A DNA stretch of 64,000 nucleotides from Candidatus Doudnabacteria bacterium RIFCSPHIGHO2_01_FULL_46_14 (GCA_001779925.1 MFEK01000010.1:19377-83376); one strand, 5' to 3'; shown: positions 19,386-30,062, numbered from the stretch's first letter. The notes: generated by a model from the letters alone, not told the origin. A program made the numbers and translations.

Positions 19386-20879
19386 ATGGACAAATCTTCG
19401 GTCTTCTATCATTTCAAAAAGCACTACAAACCTGACCAGGTCAAGCTGCTTGAACGGGCTTATCAGTTCGCCTCACTGGCACACCAGGGACAAAAACGCA
19501 AATCCGGAGATGATTACATCATGCACTCTCTGGCTGTGGCCAATTACCTCGGAAACCATCTGCATATGGATATGGACACTGTAGTGGCAGGCATGCTACA
19601 CGATGTTCCGGAAGATACAAAAACTACCCTTCCGGAGATCCGTCAAAATTTCGGGCCGCAGGTGGCGTTTATGGTCGAGGGTATTACCAAGCTCGGAAAA
19701 ATCAAGCTACGAAACCAACGCGACGAAAACTATATTGAGACCCTGCGCAAAATGTTTTTGTCCATGGCCGCGGATATCCGCGTGGTGCTCATCAAGCTTG
19801 CAGACCGCCGCCACAACATGAAAACCATTGAGTTTCTCCCCGAAGAAAAACGAAAACGAATCGCCCGCGAAACTCTGGAGGTTTACGCGCCGATCGCCAA
19901 CCGCCTGGGAATGGGAGAGCTGACGGGCGAGCTGGAAGACCTGGCCTTTCCGGTGGTTTACCCCAAAGATTATGAATGGCTAGCCGGCCAGGTCAAAGAA
20001 CGCTATGAAGAAATGGCAATCTACGTGAAGCGCGTTCGTGATACCATTATAAAAAATTTCCACGAGGCGGGGATAAAATGGACTGATATTCACGGCCGCG
20101 CCAAACATCTCTATAGCCTTTATGAAAAAATCTTGCGTCCCAAATATGATCGGGACATTACAAAAATTTATGATCTGGTCGCCCTGCGCATCATCACGAA
20201 AAATCTGGAGGATTGCTATGCTACGCTCGGCGTCCTGCATTCCAAATACCGCCCTTTGCCGGGCCGTATCAAAGATTATATCGCCTTTCCCAAACCCAAC
20301 GGCTACCGCAGTATCCATACCACGGTCTTTGGACCCGAGGGCCGGGTGCTCGAGGTGCAGATTCGCACTGCGGAAATGCATTATGAGGCAGAATACGGAA
20401 TCGCAGCGCACTGGGCATATATTGAACACGGCAAACCAAAATGGGGTTACAAGATTCCCAAACAACTCGAATGGGTCACTCAGCTTCGCGATTGGCAAAA
20501 AGACATTGGCGGGAGTTCCGAGGAATTCATGGAAGCCCTGAAAATCGATTTTTTCAAAAACCGAATTTTTATTTTCACGCCCAAAGGCGAGGTCAAAGAC
20601 CTGCCCGAAGGGGCAACCACCCTCGATTTCGCGTTTGCGGTCCACACTGACCTCGGGCTCTATGCCATGGGCGCAAAAGTCAATGGAAAAATGGGCAAAC
20701 TCTCAGACGAACTTTCCAACGGCGATGTGGTGGAAATCGTCAAAGGCTCCAAGATCAATGTTTCCCGCGACTGGATGGGCGTGGCCCGCACCTCCAGCGC
20801 CCGCTCAAAAATAAAAGCCTACCTCAACCAAAACAACCAAGGCTGGGGCTTCCTGCCGGAATTTATCCGGAAAAAATAA
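19386..20879 (+). CDS. RelA/SpoT family (p)ppGpp synthetase/hydrolase (HD + synthetase + TGS, no ACT domain)
   Basis: HQGQKRKSG, LHDVPED, PKPNGYRSIH, EVQIRT, FAFAVHT. Confidence 0.93.
   Translation: MDKSSVFYHFKKHYKPDQVKLLERAYQFASLAHQGQKRKSGDDYIMHSLAVANYLGNHLHMDMDTVVAGMLHDVPEDTKTTLPEIRQNFGPQVAFMVEGITKLGKIKLRNQRDENYIETLRKMFLSMAADIRVVLIKLADRRHNMKTIEFLPEEKRKRIARETLEVYAPIANRLGMGELTGELEDLAFPVVYPKDYEWLAGQVKERYEEMAIYVKRVRDTIIKNFHEAGIKWTDIHGRAKHLYSLYEKILRPKYDRDITKIYDLVALRIITKNLEDCYATLGVLHSKYRPLPGRIKDYIAFPKPNGYRSIHTTVFGPEGRVLEVQIRTAEMHYEAEYGIAAHWAYIEHGKPKWGYKIPKQLEWVTQLRDWQKDIGGSSEEFMEALKIDFFKNRIFIFTPKGEVKDLPEGATTLDFAFAVHTDLGLYAMGAKVNGKMGKLSDELSNGDVVEIVKGSKINVSRDWMGVARTSSARSKIKAYLNQNNQGWGFLPEFIRKK
20841..20879 (+). 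repeat. 39-bp direct repeat, copy 1 (3' end of rel)
   Basis: GGCTGGGGCTTCCTGCCGGAATTTATCCGGAAAAAATAA, identical to 21535-21573. Confidence 0.95.
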
Positions 20880-20919
20880 GAACATTGACAGGACTGCCAA
20901 ACAAAATTAAACTAAAAAT

Positions 20920-21147
20920 ATGAAATTTACCCGTATTACAATCAATCCAGAAAAAATGGATGGCGTGCCCTGCATCAGGGATTTGCGTATTCCTGTAGCA
21001 ACAGTAGTGCAGATGACCGCTGAAGGCATGACTGCCCCAGAAATCATCAAGACTTTGCCTGATTTGCAGACGGAAGACGTTCGTGAAGCCTTGCAATATG
21101 CCGCAACCGCAGTGCAGGATCGCGTCATGCCCTATGCCCTGCCTTGA
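20920..21147 (+). CDS. DUF433 antitoxin
   Basis: [22 protein letters not shown]...[11 protein letters not shown]. Confidence 0.92.
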   Translation: MKFTRITINPEKMDGVPCIRDLRIPVATVVQMTAEGMTAPEIIKTLPDLQTEDVREALQYAATAVQDRVMPYALP

Positions 21148-21524
21148 TGAAATTTCTGATTGACAATGCGCTTTCTCCTCAAATCGCTGCTGGCCTGAAA
21201 AGCAGCGGTTTTGATGCTGTGCATGTACGTGATCGCCAAATGCAGTCCGCAACTGACGCGGATATTTTTGAATTCGCCAAATCCCAAAATCGAATCATTA
21301 TCTCCGCTGACACTGATTTTGGTAGCTTGCTCGCTTTGCGGCAAGAGATAAAGCCGTCCGTGATTCTGTTTCGGCGCGGAACACTTCGCCGTCCGCCAGC
21401 ACAACTGGCAATTTTGCTTGCCAATTTGCCAAAACTGAAAGAGTCGCTGACCAAAGGCTGTATTGTCATTCTAGAAAGCGGACGCATCAGGATCCGCCTC
21501 CTGCCTATCGGCGATAAGCTTTAG
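21147..21524 (+). CDS. DUF5615 PIN-like toxin
   Basis: [27 protein letters not shown]. Confidence 0.9.
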   Translation: MKFLIDNALSPQIAAGLKSSGFDAVHVRDRQMQSATDADIFEFAKSQNRIIISADTDFGSLLALRQEIKPSVILFRRGTLRRPPAQLAILLANLPKLKESLTKGCIVILESGRIRIRLLPIGDKL

Positions 21525-22367
21525 CTCACAAACTGGCTGGGGCTTCCTGCCGGAATTTATCCGGAAAAAATAACCGGCTCTTCCTCGCCCCTTGCGGGAG
21601 AGGATTGCAATGGCTGCCACCGACTCATCAGTGTTCATTTTTTTCAGCGCCGAAATAACATTGCGAAAATAGTTTGCTTCATCATAATTGTCCAAAAAGG
21701 CATCAACATTTTTCAAATCAACAATTTCTGCCAGGGCCGGATAAGGAACTCTGTCCTCATAAAATATTCGATTAAGGTACATTAGATTTTCGGGATTGTT
21801 TCCCATTTTTTGCACAACTGATGCGCAGGCCTGGTAAGCCGGTTTATTATCATATTTAGTCAGACCGTAAGAACCGGTTTCGTGCTTGCCAAATTTGACT
21901 AGCGATTCATGCGTGTTCATCAAAAAATCGCTTTTTGTTACCAAAGGATTGTCATCCTGCAAATCTTCAAGCAACTCGACTATTTTTTTAAAATCTATTT
22001 TGTCAAGCAAACTATTCATTTCTGTCAGCCACTGCTCCTCGGCAAACTCTCTCGATTCTGAATCTTGCGACCAGCTTAGCTTCTGTAATAACATTCTGCG
22101 CCTATTCCAATCTGTGGTGTCAGCAAGCTCGGCTTGGATATCATTCAGACTACTGGGTTCACTTTTTGCTTTCTCAATTAATTCCCGCCTCCTCTGCTCA
22201 ATCTCGGCCAGTCTTACTTGCTCACGCGCTCGGTATTCTTCTTCGCGTTTCCTCGATTCTTCCAACATGCGATCAAATTCTGGCGGACGACTATATATAG
22301 GTCGCCGCCCAGCAGATTCATTCTCTTTTTCAGAACCCGGATCATATCCTGGTATTTCTCTTCTCAT
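21471..22367 (-). CDS. hypothetical helical protein; 3' end runs through the repeat into the toxin gene
   Basis: Coiled-coil-like N-terminus; C-terminal ~35 aa read from the repeat and toxin antisense strand. Confidence 0.65.
   Translation of the reverse strand: MRREIPGYDPGSEKENESAGRRPIYSRPPEFDRMLEESRKREEEYRAREQVRLAEIEQRRRELIEKAKSEPSSLNDIQAELADTTDWNRRRMLLQKLSWSQDSESREFAEEQWLTEMNSLLDKIDFKKIVELLEDLQDDNPLVTKSDFLMNTHESLVKFGKHETGSYGLTKYDNKPAYQACASVVQKMGNNPENLMYLNRIFYEDRVPYPALAEIVDLKNVDAFLDNYDEANYFRNVISALKKMNTDESVAAIAILSRKGRGRAGYFFRINSGRKPQPVCELKLIADRQEADPDASAF
21535..21573 (+). repeat. 39-bp direct repeat, copy 2
   Basis: Identical to 20841-20879. Confidence 0.95.
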
Positions 22368-22447
22368 GCCCCAATCATACCAAAAAACCCTGCCTTTTGG
22401 CAGGGCTGGAGTCTTACACTAAATACTTTATACTGACTACTTAATAC

Positions 22448-23041
22448 TTACTTGAATACTTCGTCGTCGGTGCGGGCGTAGTCGTGGATGACGGCGCGGC
22501 CAAACCAGTGCTGCATCTCGTGCTTGGCTTCCGCTTCGGTTTCCGAGGCGTGGACTAGGTTGAATACAGAGCGCTTTTCGCGGTTGGCCACTGCAGGGCT
22601 GTCCACGGAAAAATCGCCGCGGATCGTGCCCAGAGGCGCGTCCACCGGCATGGTCGGGCCGGCAAGTTTTCGGATCATAGCCACGGCATGCACGCCTTTG
22701 ACAGCCATGATCACCACTGGCGCGGAGGTCATAAAATCGATAAGCCATTTGCGCACCATGGGCCCGATTTTGGCTGGATCTTTTGTGCCGAGTTCTTTTA
22801 TCGCGTCAAATCCGAATTTCTCGTAAGTATTCAGGGTCTTTTCGCCGAGCCGGTTGATCCATTCACGGCTCTTTGGGTAATGATCGTCCACCTGCTTGCG
22901 CGACGGACGCTGCAGCTCGAGCCCAACGATCTTCAAACCCACCTGCTCAATACGACGGACGATCTCGCCCGTTAGCCCGCGGCGCACGCCGTCCGGCTTG
23001 ACCATTAAAAAGGTAAGTTCTTCTCTGGGATGTGTAGCCAT
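22448..23041 (-). CDS. ndk: nucleoside-diphosphate kinase
   Basis: TFLMVKPDGV, GTIRGDF, NLVHAS. Confidence 0.95.
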   Translation of the reverse strand: MATHPREELTFLMVKPDGVRRGLTGEIVRRIEQVGLKIVGLELQRPSRKQVDDHYPKSREWINRLGEKTLNTYEKFGFDAIKELGTKDPAKIGPMVRKWLIDFMTSAPVVIMAVKGVHAVAMIRKLAGPTMPVDAPLGTIRGDFSVDSPAVANREKRSVFNLVHASETEAEAKHEMQHWFGRAVIHDYARTDDEVFK

Positions 23042-23043
23042 GA

Positions 23044-23646
23044 TTATTTTATAAATGCTTTATTAATTATCACCGGATTTGTTGGTTTGTCGCTGGCATC
23101 AGTTTCAACAGCGGCGATTTTATCCACCACATCCATGCCGGCAGTCACCTGGCCAAACACTGTGTACTGGCCGTCGAGCATAGGCAGGTCTTGAAGGGCG
23201 ATGTAAAACTGGCTGCCGCTTGAGGCGCGGCTGGGATTAGCCTGATCGCCGAGCCTTGCGGTCGCAATACTGCCGCGCTTATGCAGAAGCTTGATTTCCG
23301 CAGGAACAGTATAGCCAGGACCGCCAGTGCCATCTCCCTGCGGGTCTCCGCCCTGAATCACAAATCCGGGAATGATGCGATGGAATGTGAGGTTATTGTA
23401 AAATCCGTCTTTTACCAGCTTCTCAAAATTGGCCGAGGTCTGGGGCGCGGCAGCTTTATCAAGAGCGATCTCAATGTTGCCATAATTGGTTTCCAGAACC
23501 ACGGCAGTGTTTTTGGTTGAATTTGAAATTGAATCTGTCACGTCTTTTTTTACTTCTTTATGCAGCACGATGCCGGAAAAAAAAATCATCCAGACAACCC
23601 CGGCTAGCAGAATAATAGATATTGCAGTTGCGAAATACTTTGTCAT
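23044..23646 (-). CDS. membrane-anchored cyclophilin-type PPIase
   Basis: [29 protein letters not shown]. Confidence 0.93.
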   Translation of the reverse strand: MTKYFATAISIILLAGVVWMIFFSGIVLHKEVKKDVTDSISNSTKNTAVVLETNYGNIEIALDKAAAPQTSANFEKLVKDGFYNNLTFHRIIPGFVIQGGDPQGDGTGGPGYTVPAEIKLLHKRGSIATARLGDQANPSRASSGSQFYIALQDLPMLDGQYTVFGQVTAGMDVVDKIAAVETDASDKPTNPVIINKAFIK

Positions 23647-23671
23647 ATCTAATACTGATTCTATCAAAAAA

Positions 23672-24541
23672 TTATTTATTTAGCAATTCCACCCTGTCTG
23701 GATAAATCTTAAAGCTAACATCGCCCTGCTCGTCTGTGCGCAAAATGTCGGCATGGACACGCGAGAGCGCGTCCATAGCCTCACTGTGCGGGTGTCCATA
23801 GCTGTTTTTACCTACGGAAACCACAGCGTAGCGCGCGCCGACCTTCTGCGCAAAATCCTGGCCAGTAGAATGTCTGGAGCCATGGTGGCCGACCTTGAGA
23901 ATCTCTGCCGATATGGGCAGACCTGCTTTGAGCAAAAAATCCTCAATGACTTTTCCCGCATCGCCTGTGAGTAAAACCTGGCTTTGGCCAAATGACAGCT
24001 TGGCCACAACCGACGAATCATTTATATCATCAGGCGCATGGACAAAATGACCGATAATCGGATAGAGAATATCGAGCGCGGTTGAGTTGTCCAGGAATAT
24101 TCTCTGTCCTAATTTTGGCTGGACTATCTGAACATGGTTTTCTGCCAGTAAATTCAAAAACGCGGTATATGTCGCGGTTTCGTATTCTACCTCGGGTAGC
24201 ATCATTCTCTCCACACGGTAACGCTTGAGCATTTCCACAAGTCCGCTGACATGATCAGCGTGCGGGTGCGTCAAAATCACCAGTTCAATCTTGCGGTCGC
24301 CGTAGGGCAGAACGCGTCCAAGTTTGGAAAGCACCGCATCCCCAGGCCCGCCGTCAATGAGAACATCGTTGCCTGCTGCCGTACGCAGATAAATGGCGTC
24401 GCCCTGGCCGATATCAAACACAGTGAATTCCAAAAAATCGTCCTGTCGGGAAAACACAGCAGACCAGACTGCCAGATTAGCGGCCAACAAAATCCCTACT
24501 GCGTACCAGACAGAACTAAATTTTTGCTTTTTGGGAAACAT
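23672..24541 (-). CDS. ComEC/Rec2-type metallo-beta-lactamase domain protein
   Basis: [26 protein letters not shown]. Confidence 0.92.
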   Translation of the reverse strand: MFPKKQKFSSVWYAVGILLAANLAVWSAVFSRQDDFLEFTVFDIGQGDAIYLRTAAGNDVLIDGGPGDAVLSKLGRVLPYGDRKIELVILTHPHADHVSGLVEMLKRYRVERMMLPEVEYETATYTAFLNLLAENHVQIVQPKLGQRIFLDNSTALDILYPIIGHFVHAPDDINDSSVVAKLSFGQSQVLLTGDAGKVIEDFLLKAGLPISAEILKVGHHGSRHSTGQDFAQKVGARYAVVSVGKNSYGHPHSEAMDALSRVHADILRTDEQGDVSFKIYPDRVELLNK

Positions 24542-26069
24542 CGCTAGTAAAAATCAACAAATTTCTAGCTGGAAATTTTCGCAATCGCCAAAATAGGACG
24601 GCGTAATAAACAAAAATCCCTGCGACCGGCACGCCGAGCGCGACCTGAGCAAACGGGATTCGCGCGAAAAATTCCACCACCCAGATTTGAAATGCCAGAA
24701 TCCCCCAAAGCACAACAGCCAATATTTTCGCCACAGGTACATAAATCATACCGAGCACCCCGGCCGTAAGAGCCAAAAACATAGCATAAGGTACTGTCCA
24801 GAGGATCAGCACATTGACCACAATGGAAACAATAGAGAGGCGTTCAAAATAAAAGATGAGGAGAGGCAGAGCGAAAATTTGCGCAGCCATAGTGGAAGCC
24901 AGATTCTTGCGAAATTCCAAGATATTCGGCACCCATTGTAGTTTATTCTCAAACCATGAGCCAAGATAGATAAGCCCGGCTGTAGCCATGAATGAGAGCT
25001 GAAAACCCAAATCAAACCCCAGAATCTTGGGGTTTTCGAGTACCATAAGCGCAGCAACAAAGATCAGGGCATTCAGAGACACATAAATTCGTCCGACATT
25101 TAAAGCCGCAACCGCCAGCATGGCCATGACTGCCGCGCGAACCACAGACGCGTCCGCGCCGGTGATGACGACAAACGCGAGCACCAGCAAAAATGATAAA
25201 ACAAGGGCACTGCGCCGGCCTACATACTGCCGGGTTTTCAAAATATTCTGAGTAATAATCGACATATTATATCCAGAAATTACAATGATGTGGGATACAC
25301 CAACAGCAATCATAGCGTTTTTGAGATCTTCCGGAATCCTGTGCTTCACGCCGAGGATCAGGCCCTGGGCCAAAGCGTTATGCGGCTCTGGTAAAATTTG
25401 CGAGAGCACTCCCTGAAATCGATGCTTTATACTTAGCAGAGCCGCTTTCATCTTATTTCCTTGATCTTCCCCTATTTTTTCAATCTTTGGAAAACGCATC
25501 ACCGCATAAGTATCATAACGCGACAAATAATCTTTATAGGAAAACTCTTCGCTCACAAACGGCTCTTCGACTTTTCCTGAAAATTTTAATCTATCGCCGT
25601 ATTGATATTCCGGATATTTCCCGACATTCAACAAAATATTTCCAGTAAGCTCCCTCTCCTTACCCTCTTTCTCTTCCACTCCCCTCCCTTGCAGTGTCCG
25701 CCGCAGCCTTGCGCGGAGACTGGGAGGGGAGGGTGAAGTTACTTTCACTGTCAAATTCACCTTATCGCTCCTCACATCCGGCTCTTTCACTATTATCCCT
25801 TCCAGTTCAACTTCTTGCCCATAATATTTTCCAATAAAATTTTCTTGATCGGGAAAGCTCGCCTGATATCTTACCGCTCCAAAAAGCGCGACCAATCCCA
25901 AAAATCCCGCCAGCACAAACCTTTTATCACTCCACCAAATCGTAATTAGAATCAAAAAAAACATGGCCGCGATAGCCATGATATAGTAATTAACATACCT
26001 GCCCGCGCCCACCCCGGCCACAAAACTCAAACAGAAAAACAGAAAAATTTTAGATTTTTCGAATTTCAC
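24516..26069 (-). CDS. comEC: ComEC/Rec2 competence channel with in-frame repeat insertion
   Basis: GVSHIIVISGYN, SVVRAAVM, GFQLSF; insertion SPSPPSLRARLRRTLQGRG. Confidence 0.92.
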   Translation of the reverse strand: MKFEKSKIFLFFCLSFVAGVGAGRYVNYYIMAIAAMFFLILITIWWSDKRFVLAGFLGLVALFGAVRYQASFPDQENFIGKYYGQEVELEGIIVKEPDVRSDKVNLTVKVTSPSPPSLRARLRRTLQGRGVEEKEGKERELTGNILLNVGKYPEYQYGDRLKFSGKVEEPFVSEEFSYKDYLSRYDTYAVMRFPKIEKIGEDQGNKMKAALLSIKHRFQGVLSQILPEPHNALAQGLILGVKHRIPEDLKNAMIAVGVSHIIVISGYNMSIITQNILKTRQYVGRRSALVLSFLLVLAFVVITGADASVVRAAVMAMLAVAALNVGRIYVSLNALIFVAALMVLENPKILGFDLGFQLSFMATAGLIYLGSWFENKLQWVPNILEFRKNLASTMAAQIFALPLLIFYFERLSIVSIVVNVLILWTVPYAMFLALTAGVLGMIYVPVAKILAVVLWGILAFQIWVVEFFARIPFAQVALGVPVAGIFVYYAVLFWRLRKFPARNLLIFTSDVSQKAKI

Positions 26070-26491
26070 AAACGACTCCCGGTTTTACTCGCCTCCCCTT
26101 GCGAAAGGACATCTCCTCTTACTCCCCTCCCTTGACGGGAGGGGCTGGGGAAGGGTGGTGCGCAAAGTTTTCCAATTCTATCAAAGACACCTTCCCGGTT
26201 TTGCAAAACTTCGTTATTCCAGAATCGTAAAATTGCAAACCCCTGTGAGCTTAACCATTCGTCGCGAATCTTATCCTGTTCTAAAGTTTCATCTGCATGC
26301 TGGCCGCCGTCTATCTCGATGATCAATTTAACCGAAAAGCAAACAAAATCAACAATATAATTTCCGATTGGCTCCTGACGGCGGAATTTCGATCCAGAAA
26401 GTTGCTTTGAGCGAAGAAAATACCAGACGGCTTTTTCCGCTTCGGTCATCTGGTTTCTCAACTTTCTGACTACATTTGTTGTTTGTCTCAA
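26066..26491 (-). CDS. DUF559 (Vsr-like PD-(D/E)xK) endonuclease 1
   Basis: LRNQMTEAE, KFRRQEPIGNYIVDF, IEIDGGQH, RDEWL, ILRFWN. Confidence 0.92.
   Translation of the reverse strand: MRQTTNVVRKLRNQMTEAEKAVWYFLRSKQLSGSKFRRQEPIGNYIVDFVCFSVKLIIEIDGGQHADETLEQDKIRDEWLSSQGFAILRFWNNEVLQNREGVFDRIGKLCAPPFPSPSRQGRGVRGDVLSQGEASKTGSRL
26124..26160. repeat. family A unit at the 3' side of DUF559-1
   Basis: CCCCTCCC-TTGAC-GGGAGGGG-CTGGGGAAGGGTGGTG. Confidence 0.85.
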
Positions 26492-26527
26492 TCACCCTCT
26501 CCTACCTCTCCCATCAAGGGAGAGGAA
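26492..26527. repeat. family A unit at the 5' side of DUF559-1
   Basis: TCACCCTCTCCTA-CCTCTCCC-ATCAA-GGGAGAGG. Confidence 0.85.
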
Positions 26528-26568
26528 TAAATCACTTCCTGTTTGCCAGTTGCACAAATTCTAAAACG

Positions 26569-27297
26569 CTATTCAAATTCATCTGCCTGAAACGGATACC
26601 GATATTCACCTAGCGCCAGAGTTGCTGTTTCCAGTCTTTTACCAATCTCCATGAGCTTCCCTGCCTTATGGCCCTTGTCTCTCATTGCCTCTTCGATCTT
26701 ACGCTCCGCGTCTTCCACCATGAATGCTCTCTTCTCGTTGCTTGGCACCAAGCTGCCAAATGAGCCGCGTATCTCCCGCGCCCACTCATGGACCTGCCAG
26801 TTGCTTCTGTCTTCGCCCCTGGGAAGTTTAGTTTTGTTCATTTGGTAGGACTCCATTGCACCCTTCCCTGCTTTACGCACTCTTTGATCTAGCGTGGCAG
26901 TAAACCCATACAGCCGCCTCTGTAAAAATTCTGCCAGAGCCTGGTCAATGCTTTGGTTATGCGGGGACCTCATCCGCGCTTGTTCACTTATACGGGAGAC
27001 TGAACCCATCGCAAGTTTTGCTTCCTCTAAAGGCACTCGCGGCAAATTTTTATCCTTTGTGTACCCCGTGGCGATCTTTGCGTAATCTATCAAAGCTTGT
27101 AACGCTTCTCCATTTACTTCGCGGTTGTGGGCCAAGACTTCGCCAAGTTCGCGGGTTCGGCCATCTGATTGTTTAATTGACAACATAACTCCCAAGTCTT
27201 CTCTAAACGCTGCTCTTTGATCAGCGTAAGGGTCGGGGGCTGATTGATCGCGGGAGCGAAAAGCCGCATGTTCCTGAGTTGGGTGCCTCTCATTCAT
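26569..27297 (-). CDS. hypothetical protein
   Basis: 242-aa ORF, no recognised motif. Confidence 0.65.
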   Translation of the reverse strand: MNERHPTQEHAAFRSRDQSAPDPYADQRAAFREDLGVMLSIKQSDGRTRELGEVLAHNREVNGEALQALIDYAKIATGYTKDKNLPRVPLEEAKLAMGSVSRISEQARMRSPHNQSIDQALAEFLQRRLYGFTATLDQRVRKAGKGAMESYQMNKTKLPRGEDRSNWQVHEWAREIRGSFGSLVPSNEKRAFMVEDAERKIEEAMRDKGHKAGKLMEIGKRLETATLALGEYRYPFQADEFE

Positions 27298-27307
27298 TAT
27301 AATTACT

Positions 27308-28630
27308 TTAATTAATATTTAAAAACTTTACCAAATCTTTTTGTTGCTTCACCTTTTCTTGCTTTCCTGTTTTCAGATTTTTGACGGTCGCCTCGTTTTT
27401 CTTTGCCTCATCCGGTCCGATGATCACAGCAAAGTTAATATTTTTCTTATCCGCATATTTCAGCTGTTTATCAAGCTTGGCAGGTGTATAGTAAAAATCG
27501 GTCTTTACCCCACTTTCCCTAATTTCCCTTACTATTTTAAGATAAAGTTCCTCAAGCGCCTCCTCAAGATTGCAAACCAGCACGTCCGAAACCAAATCAT
27601 ATTTTATCAATTCCAACTCTTCCAGCGCGGCCACAAGCCGGTCAATGCCAATGGACCCGCCGACAGCGGGAACCGACCTCCCCTTTGATTCCCCTCCTCG
27701 TGAGGAGGGGTTAGGGGAGGTTAAAAACATGCCCACAAGGTTGTCATATCTGCCGCCGCCCGCAACACTGCCATATTGCGGCGCGTCCGGCAAGATCACT
27801 TCAAAAACCGTGCCTGTATAATAATCAAGACCGCGGGCCAGGGTGAGATCAATCTGATAATTCTTCATTCCCCATTCCAGCAAAATCTCCACAAGCTCGG
27901 CAAGCTCCCCTGCACCTGACAGGCCAGCGAGTTTGGTCTCAATATCTTTTGAGTCTTCGAGTCCCAATTTGAGAGTTTCAAATAGCTCTTGTCTGGCTTT
28001 GGTTTTGATGCCGACAAGCGTGAGTTCCTCGCGCACTTTCGCTTCTCCGATTTTATCCATTTTATCGATCACCCGAATAGCGTCGACAACTTTATTTTTA
28101 GCCACACCCGAATTCTGTAAAATCGCATCAAGCAGTTTGCGGTTATTGATTCTGATAATTACGTCTTCAATCCCCAAGCTCTTCAGCGCTTCATTTATGC
28201 AAGCAATGACCTCTGCGTCCGCGATAATCGAATCTGACCCCACCACGTCCACGTCGCACTGGTAGAATTCGCGGTACCGTCCCTTTTGCGTATTATCCGC
28301 CCGCCACACTGGGGCAATCTGATAACGCTTGAAAGGCATGGGCAATTCATTCTGATACTGCGCAATCACCCTCGCCAAAGGCACAGTGAGGTCATAGCGC
28401 ATCGCCACATCTCGCTCGCCGCGATCCCGGAAACTGTACATGAGCTTTTCGCCCTCGCTACCGTATTTGCCGGTCAAAATTTCTTTGTATTCAAGGACCG
28501 GCGTTTCCATTGGCAAAAAACCGTATTTCTGAAATACAGCTCGGATGGTTTCAAAGATTTTTTCTCTCTCCAAAGCCTTCTCCGGCAAAAAATCCCGAAA
28601 ACCTTTCAATGTTTGCAATTCTTTTTTCAT
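27308..28630 (-). CDS. hisS: histidine--tRNA ligase with in-frame family A insertion
   Basis: LKGFRDF, MRYDLTVP, WRADNTQKGRYREFYQCD, ARGLDYYTG, GGGRYD; insertion TSPNPSSRGGES. Confidence 0.96.
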   Translation of the reverse strand: MKKELQTLKGFRDFLPEKALEREKIFETIRAVFQKYGFLPMETPVLEYKEILTGKYGSEGEKLMYSFRDRGERDVAMRYDLTVPLARVIAQYQNELPMPFKRYQIAPVWRADNTQKGRYREFYQCDVDVVGSDSIIADAEVIACINEALKSLGIEDVIIRINNRKLLDAILQNSGVAKNKVVDAIRVIDKMDKIGEAKVREELTLVGIKTKARQELFETLKLGLEDSKDIETKLAGLSGAGELAELVEILLEWGMKNYQIDLTLARGLDYYTGTVFEVILPDAPQYGSVAGGGRYDNLVGMFLTSPNPSSRGGESKGRSVPAVGGSIGIDRLVAALEELELIKYDLVSDVLVCNLEEALEELYLKIVREIRESGVKTDFYYTPAKLDKQLKYADKKNINFAVIIGPDEAKKNEATVKNLKTGKQEKVKQQKDLVKFLNIN

Positions 28631-28675
28631 AAGTTAATAATACCACTTTCCATGTCTTAATTCTAATAGAAATAC

Positions 28676-28704
28676 AGAAAGGCAAGACCGTAGTCTTGCC
28701 TTTC
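28676..28704. terminator. inverted repeat / terminator between hisI and hisS
   Basis: GAAAGGCAAGAC-CGTA-GTCTTGCCTTTC. Confidence 0.65.
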
Positions 28705-28736
28705 ACTAATTCCGACTCCCCAGAACGGCTTGTGTT

Positions 28737-29066
28737 TCAACCGACTTTCACTTCATTGAAGAAACACGAGTTCTGTCCGGGAACGTGGCATGCAGGCCCT
28801 GCAGGCTGAACTAAATACAACAGCGCATCGCTGTCGCAGTCTAGGGTCATGGATACCACTTTCTGTGTATGTCCCGAAGTTGCTCCTTTGATCCAGAGTT
28901 CGTTTCTGGATCTGGACCAAAGGCAAACACCTCCTGTATGTTTAGTGATCACAAATGCTTCTTCGTTCGTATATGCCAGGGTCAGCACTTGCAGAGTGTT
29001 GCTGTCTTGAATGATGACCGGCACCAAACGGTCTGGATATTTCGCAAAATTCGGTTCAGGATTCAT
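28737..29066 (-). CDS. hisI: phosphoribosyl-AMP cyclohydrolase (monofunctional, no HisE domain)
   Basis: WSRSRNELWIKGATSG, LDCDSDA, GPACH, SCFF. Confidence 0.93.
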   Translation of the reverse strand: MNPEPNFAKYPDRLVPVIIQDSNTLQVLTLAYTNEEAFVITKHTGGVCLWSRSRNELWIKGATSGHTQKVVSMTLDCDSDALLYLVQPAGPACHVPGQNSCFFNEVKVG

Positions 29067-29111
29067 TAAGGTTCCTCCCTTTGTCGACGTTCATAATACC
29101 AGATTTTGGTT

Positions 29112-29873
29112 TTACTTCCAATCCGACCACAGACTATTCATGTGCTTGTCCTTATCGCTGTATTCCTCTCTAAGTGCAATAATCTTCCGTGCCAGAAGAT
29201 TGACAACATGCTGCCACGCCTGTCCAGTGTTAGGGCCTTTTGGTCGAATGAACAGCTTTGTTGTGGAAATGCCAAGCTCTTGGATCACATGCAGGCGATT
29301 TTCTCGAAGGCTCTTTCCGCTTGCCACGACCGTAATCCCGTAAGGATACCTTTTTGGGACCATAGCCTCAACAGATCCGTACGAAAAAACTACATCTGCC
29401 TCACGCAGTAAATCTCTTTTGGTCCAGAATGGAAACTCCGAGAGGACTTTTGTGCCCTTTTCAATCTTTTCCAGAACACCCCAAGGCTCTTCTGTATCGG
29501 GTCCGACTAGTGCAATTTTTGCTCGCCCCTCGGCAGCAGCCCTGATTTCTGCCAGAGAATCATCGAGATTGCAGCCGGGATGATATGTACTTGGGAGCGA
29601 ACGCAAAAAGTACTCCCGGTTATTTATGGTGGGGTTGTTCTGGTAAAACCACTCGTAATAACAGTCGAGCCCAGTGATACCCAGATCAACAATTCCATGA
29701 TAAATCATCTCAGGAATATGCTGTGGTCGCATCCAAACGATCTGGGCAATCAGATCATGGTCAACCCTAACCCAGTGCTGACGTGTCGGCTTCGGCAATT
29801 CAATCCCAATTGCGAGAAATAGTTGCAGAATTGCCTTCTGTAAGGTTCCATTAGGTAACGCGATAGTCAACAT
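29112..29873 (-). CDS. hisG: ATP phosphoribosyltransferase, short form, divergent
   Basis: LTIALPNGTL, RPQHIP, DLGITGLD, GSVEA, VASGKSLRENRL. Confidence 0.82.
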   Translation of the reverse strand: MLTIALPNGTLQKAILQLFLAIGIELPKPTRQHWVRVDHDLIAQIVWMRPQHIPEMIYHGIVDLGITGLDCYYEWFYQNNPTINNREYFLRSLPSTYHPGCNLDDSLAEIRAAAEGRAKIALVGPDTEEPWGVLEKIEKGTKVLSEFPFWTKRDLLREADVVFSYGSVEAMVPKRYPYGITVVASGKSLRENRLHVIQELGISTTKLFIRPKGPNTGQAWQHVVNLLARKIIALREEYSDKDKHMNSLWSDWK

Positions 29874-29886
29874 TTTTCTTCCTCCT

Positions 29887-29920
29887 TAAAAAACAAAAAT
29901 CCCCTGCGCTTGCAGGGGTT
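29887..29920 (-). terminator. putative attenuator terminator upstream of hisG
   Basis: Minus strand AACCCCTGC-AAGC-GCAGGGGAT-TTTTGTTTTTT. Confidence 0.75.
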
Positions 29921-29966
29921 CGCCAGATTGAGTATTGAGAAAAATTAAACCATGCTCATACCAAAT

Positions 29967-30035
29967 CTAACCAACCTCTCCAAGCTTGGAGAAGTGAGAA
30001 TGGTTAGAATGATGAGAATTGATAATATCAAACAT
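29967..30035 (-). CDS. putative his leader peptide
   Basis: MFDIINSHHSNHSHFSKLGEVG*; 4 His in 7 codons, upstream of the terminator and hisG. Confidence 0.7.
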   Translation of the reverse strand: MFDIINSHHSNHSHFSKLGEVG

Positions 30036-30062
30036 ATTTTTATAAATAAAACGTTTCGTATT

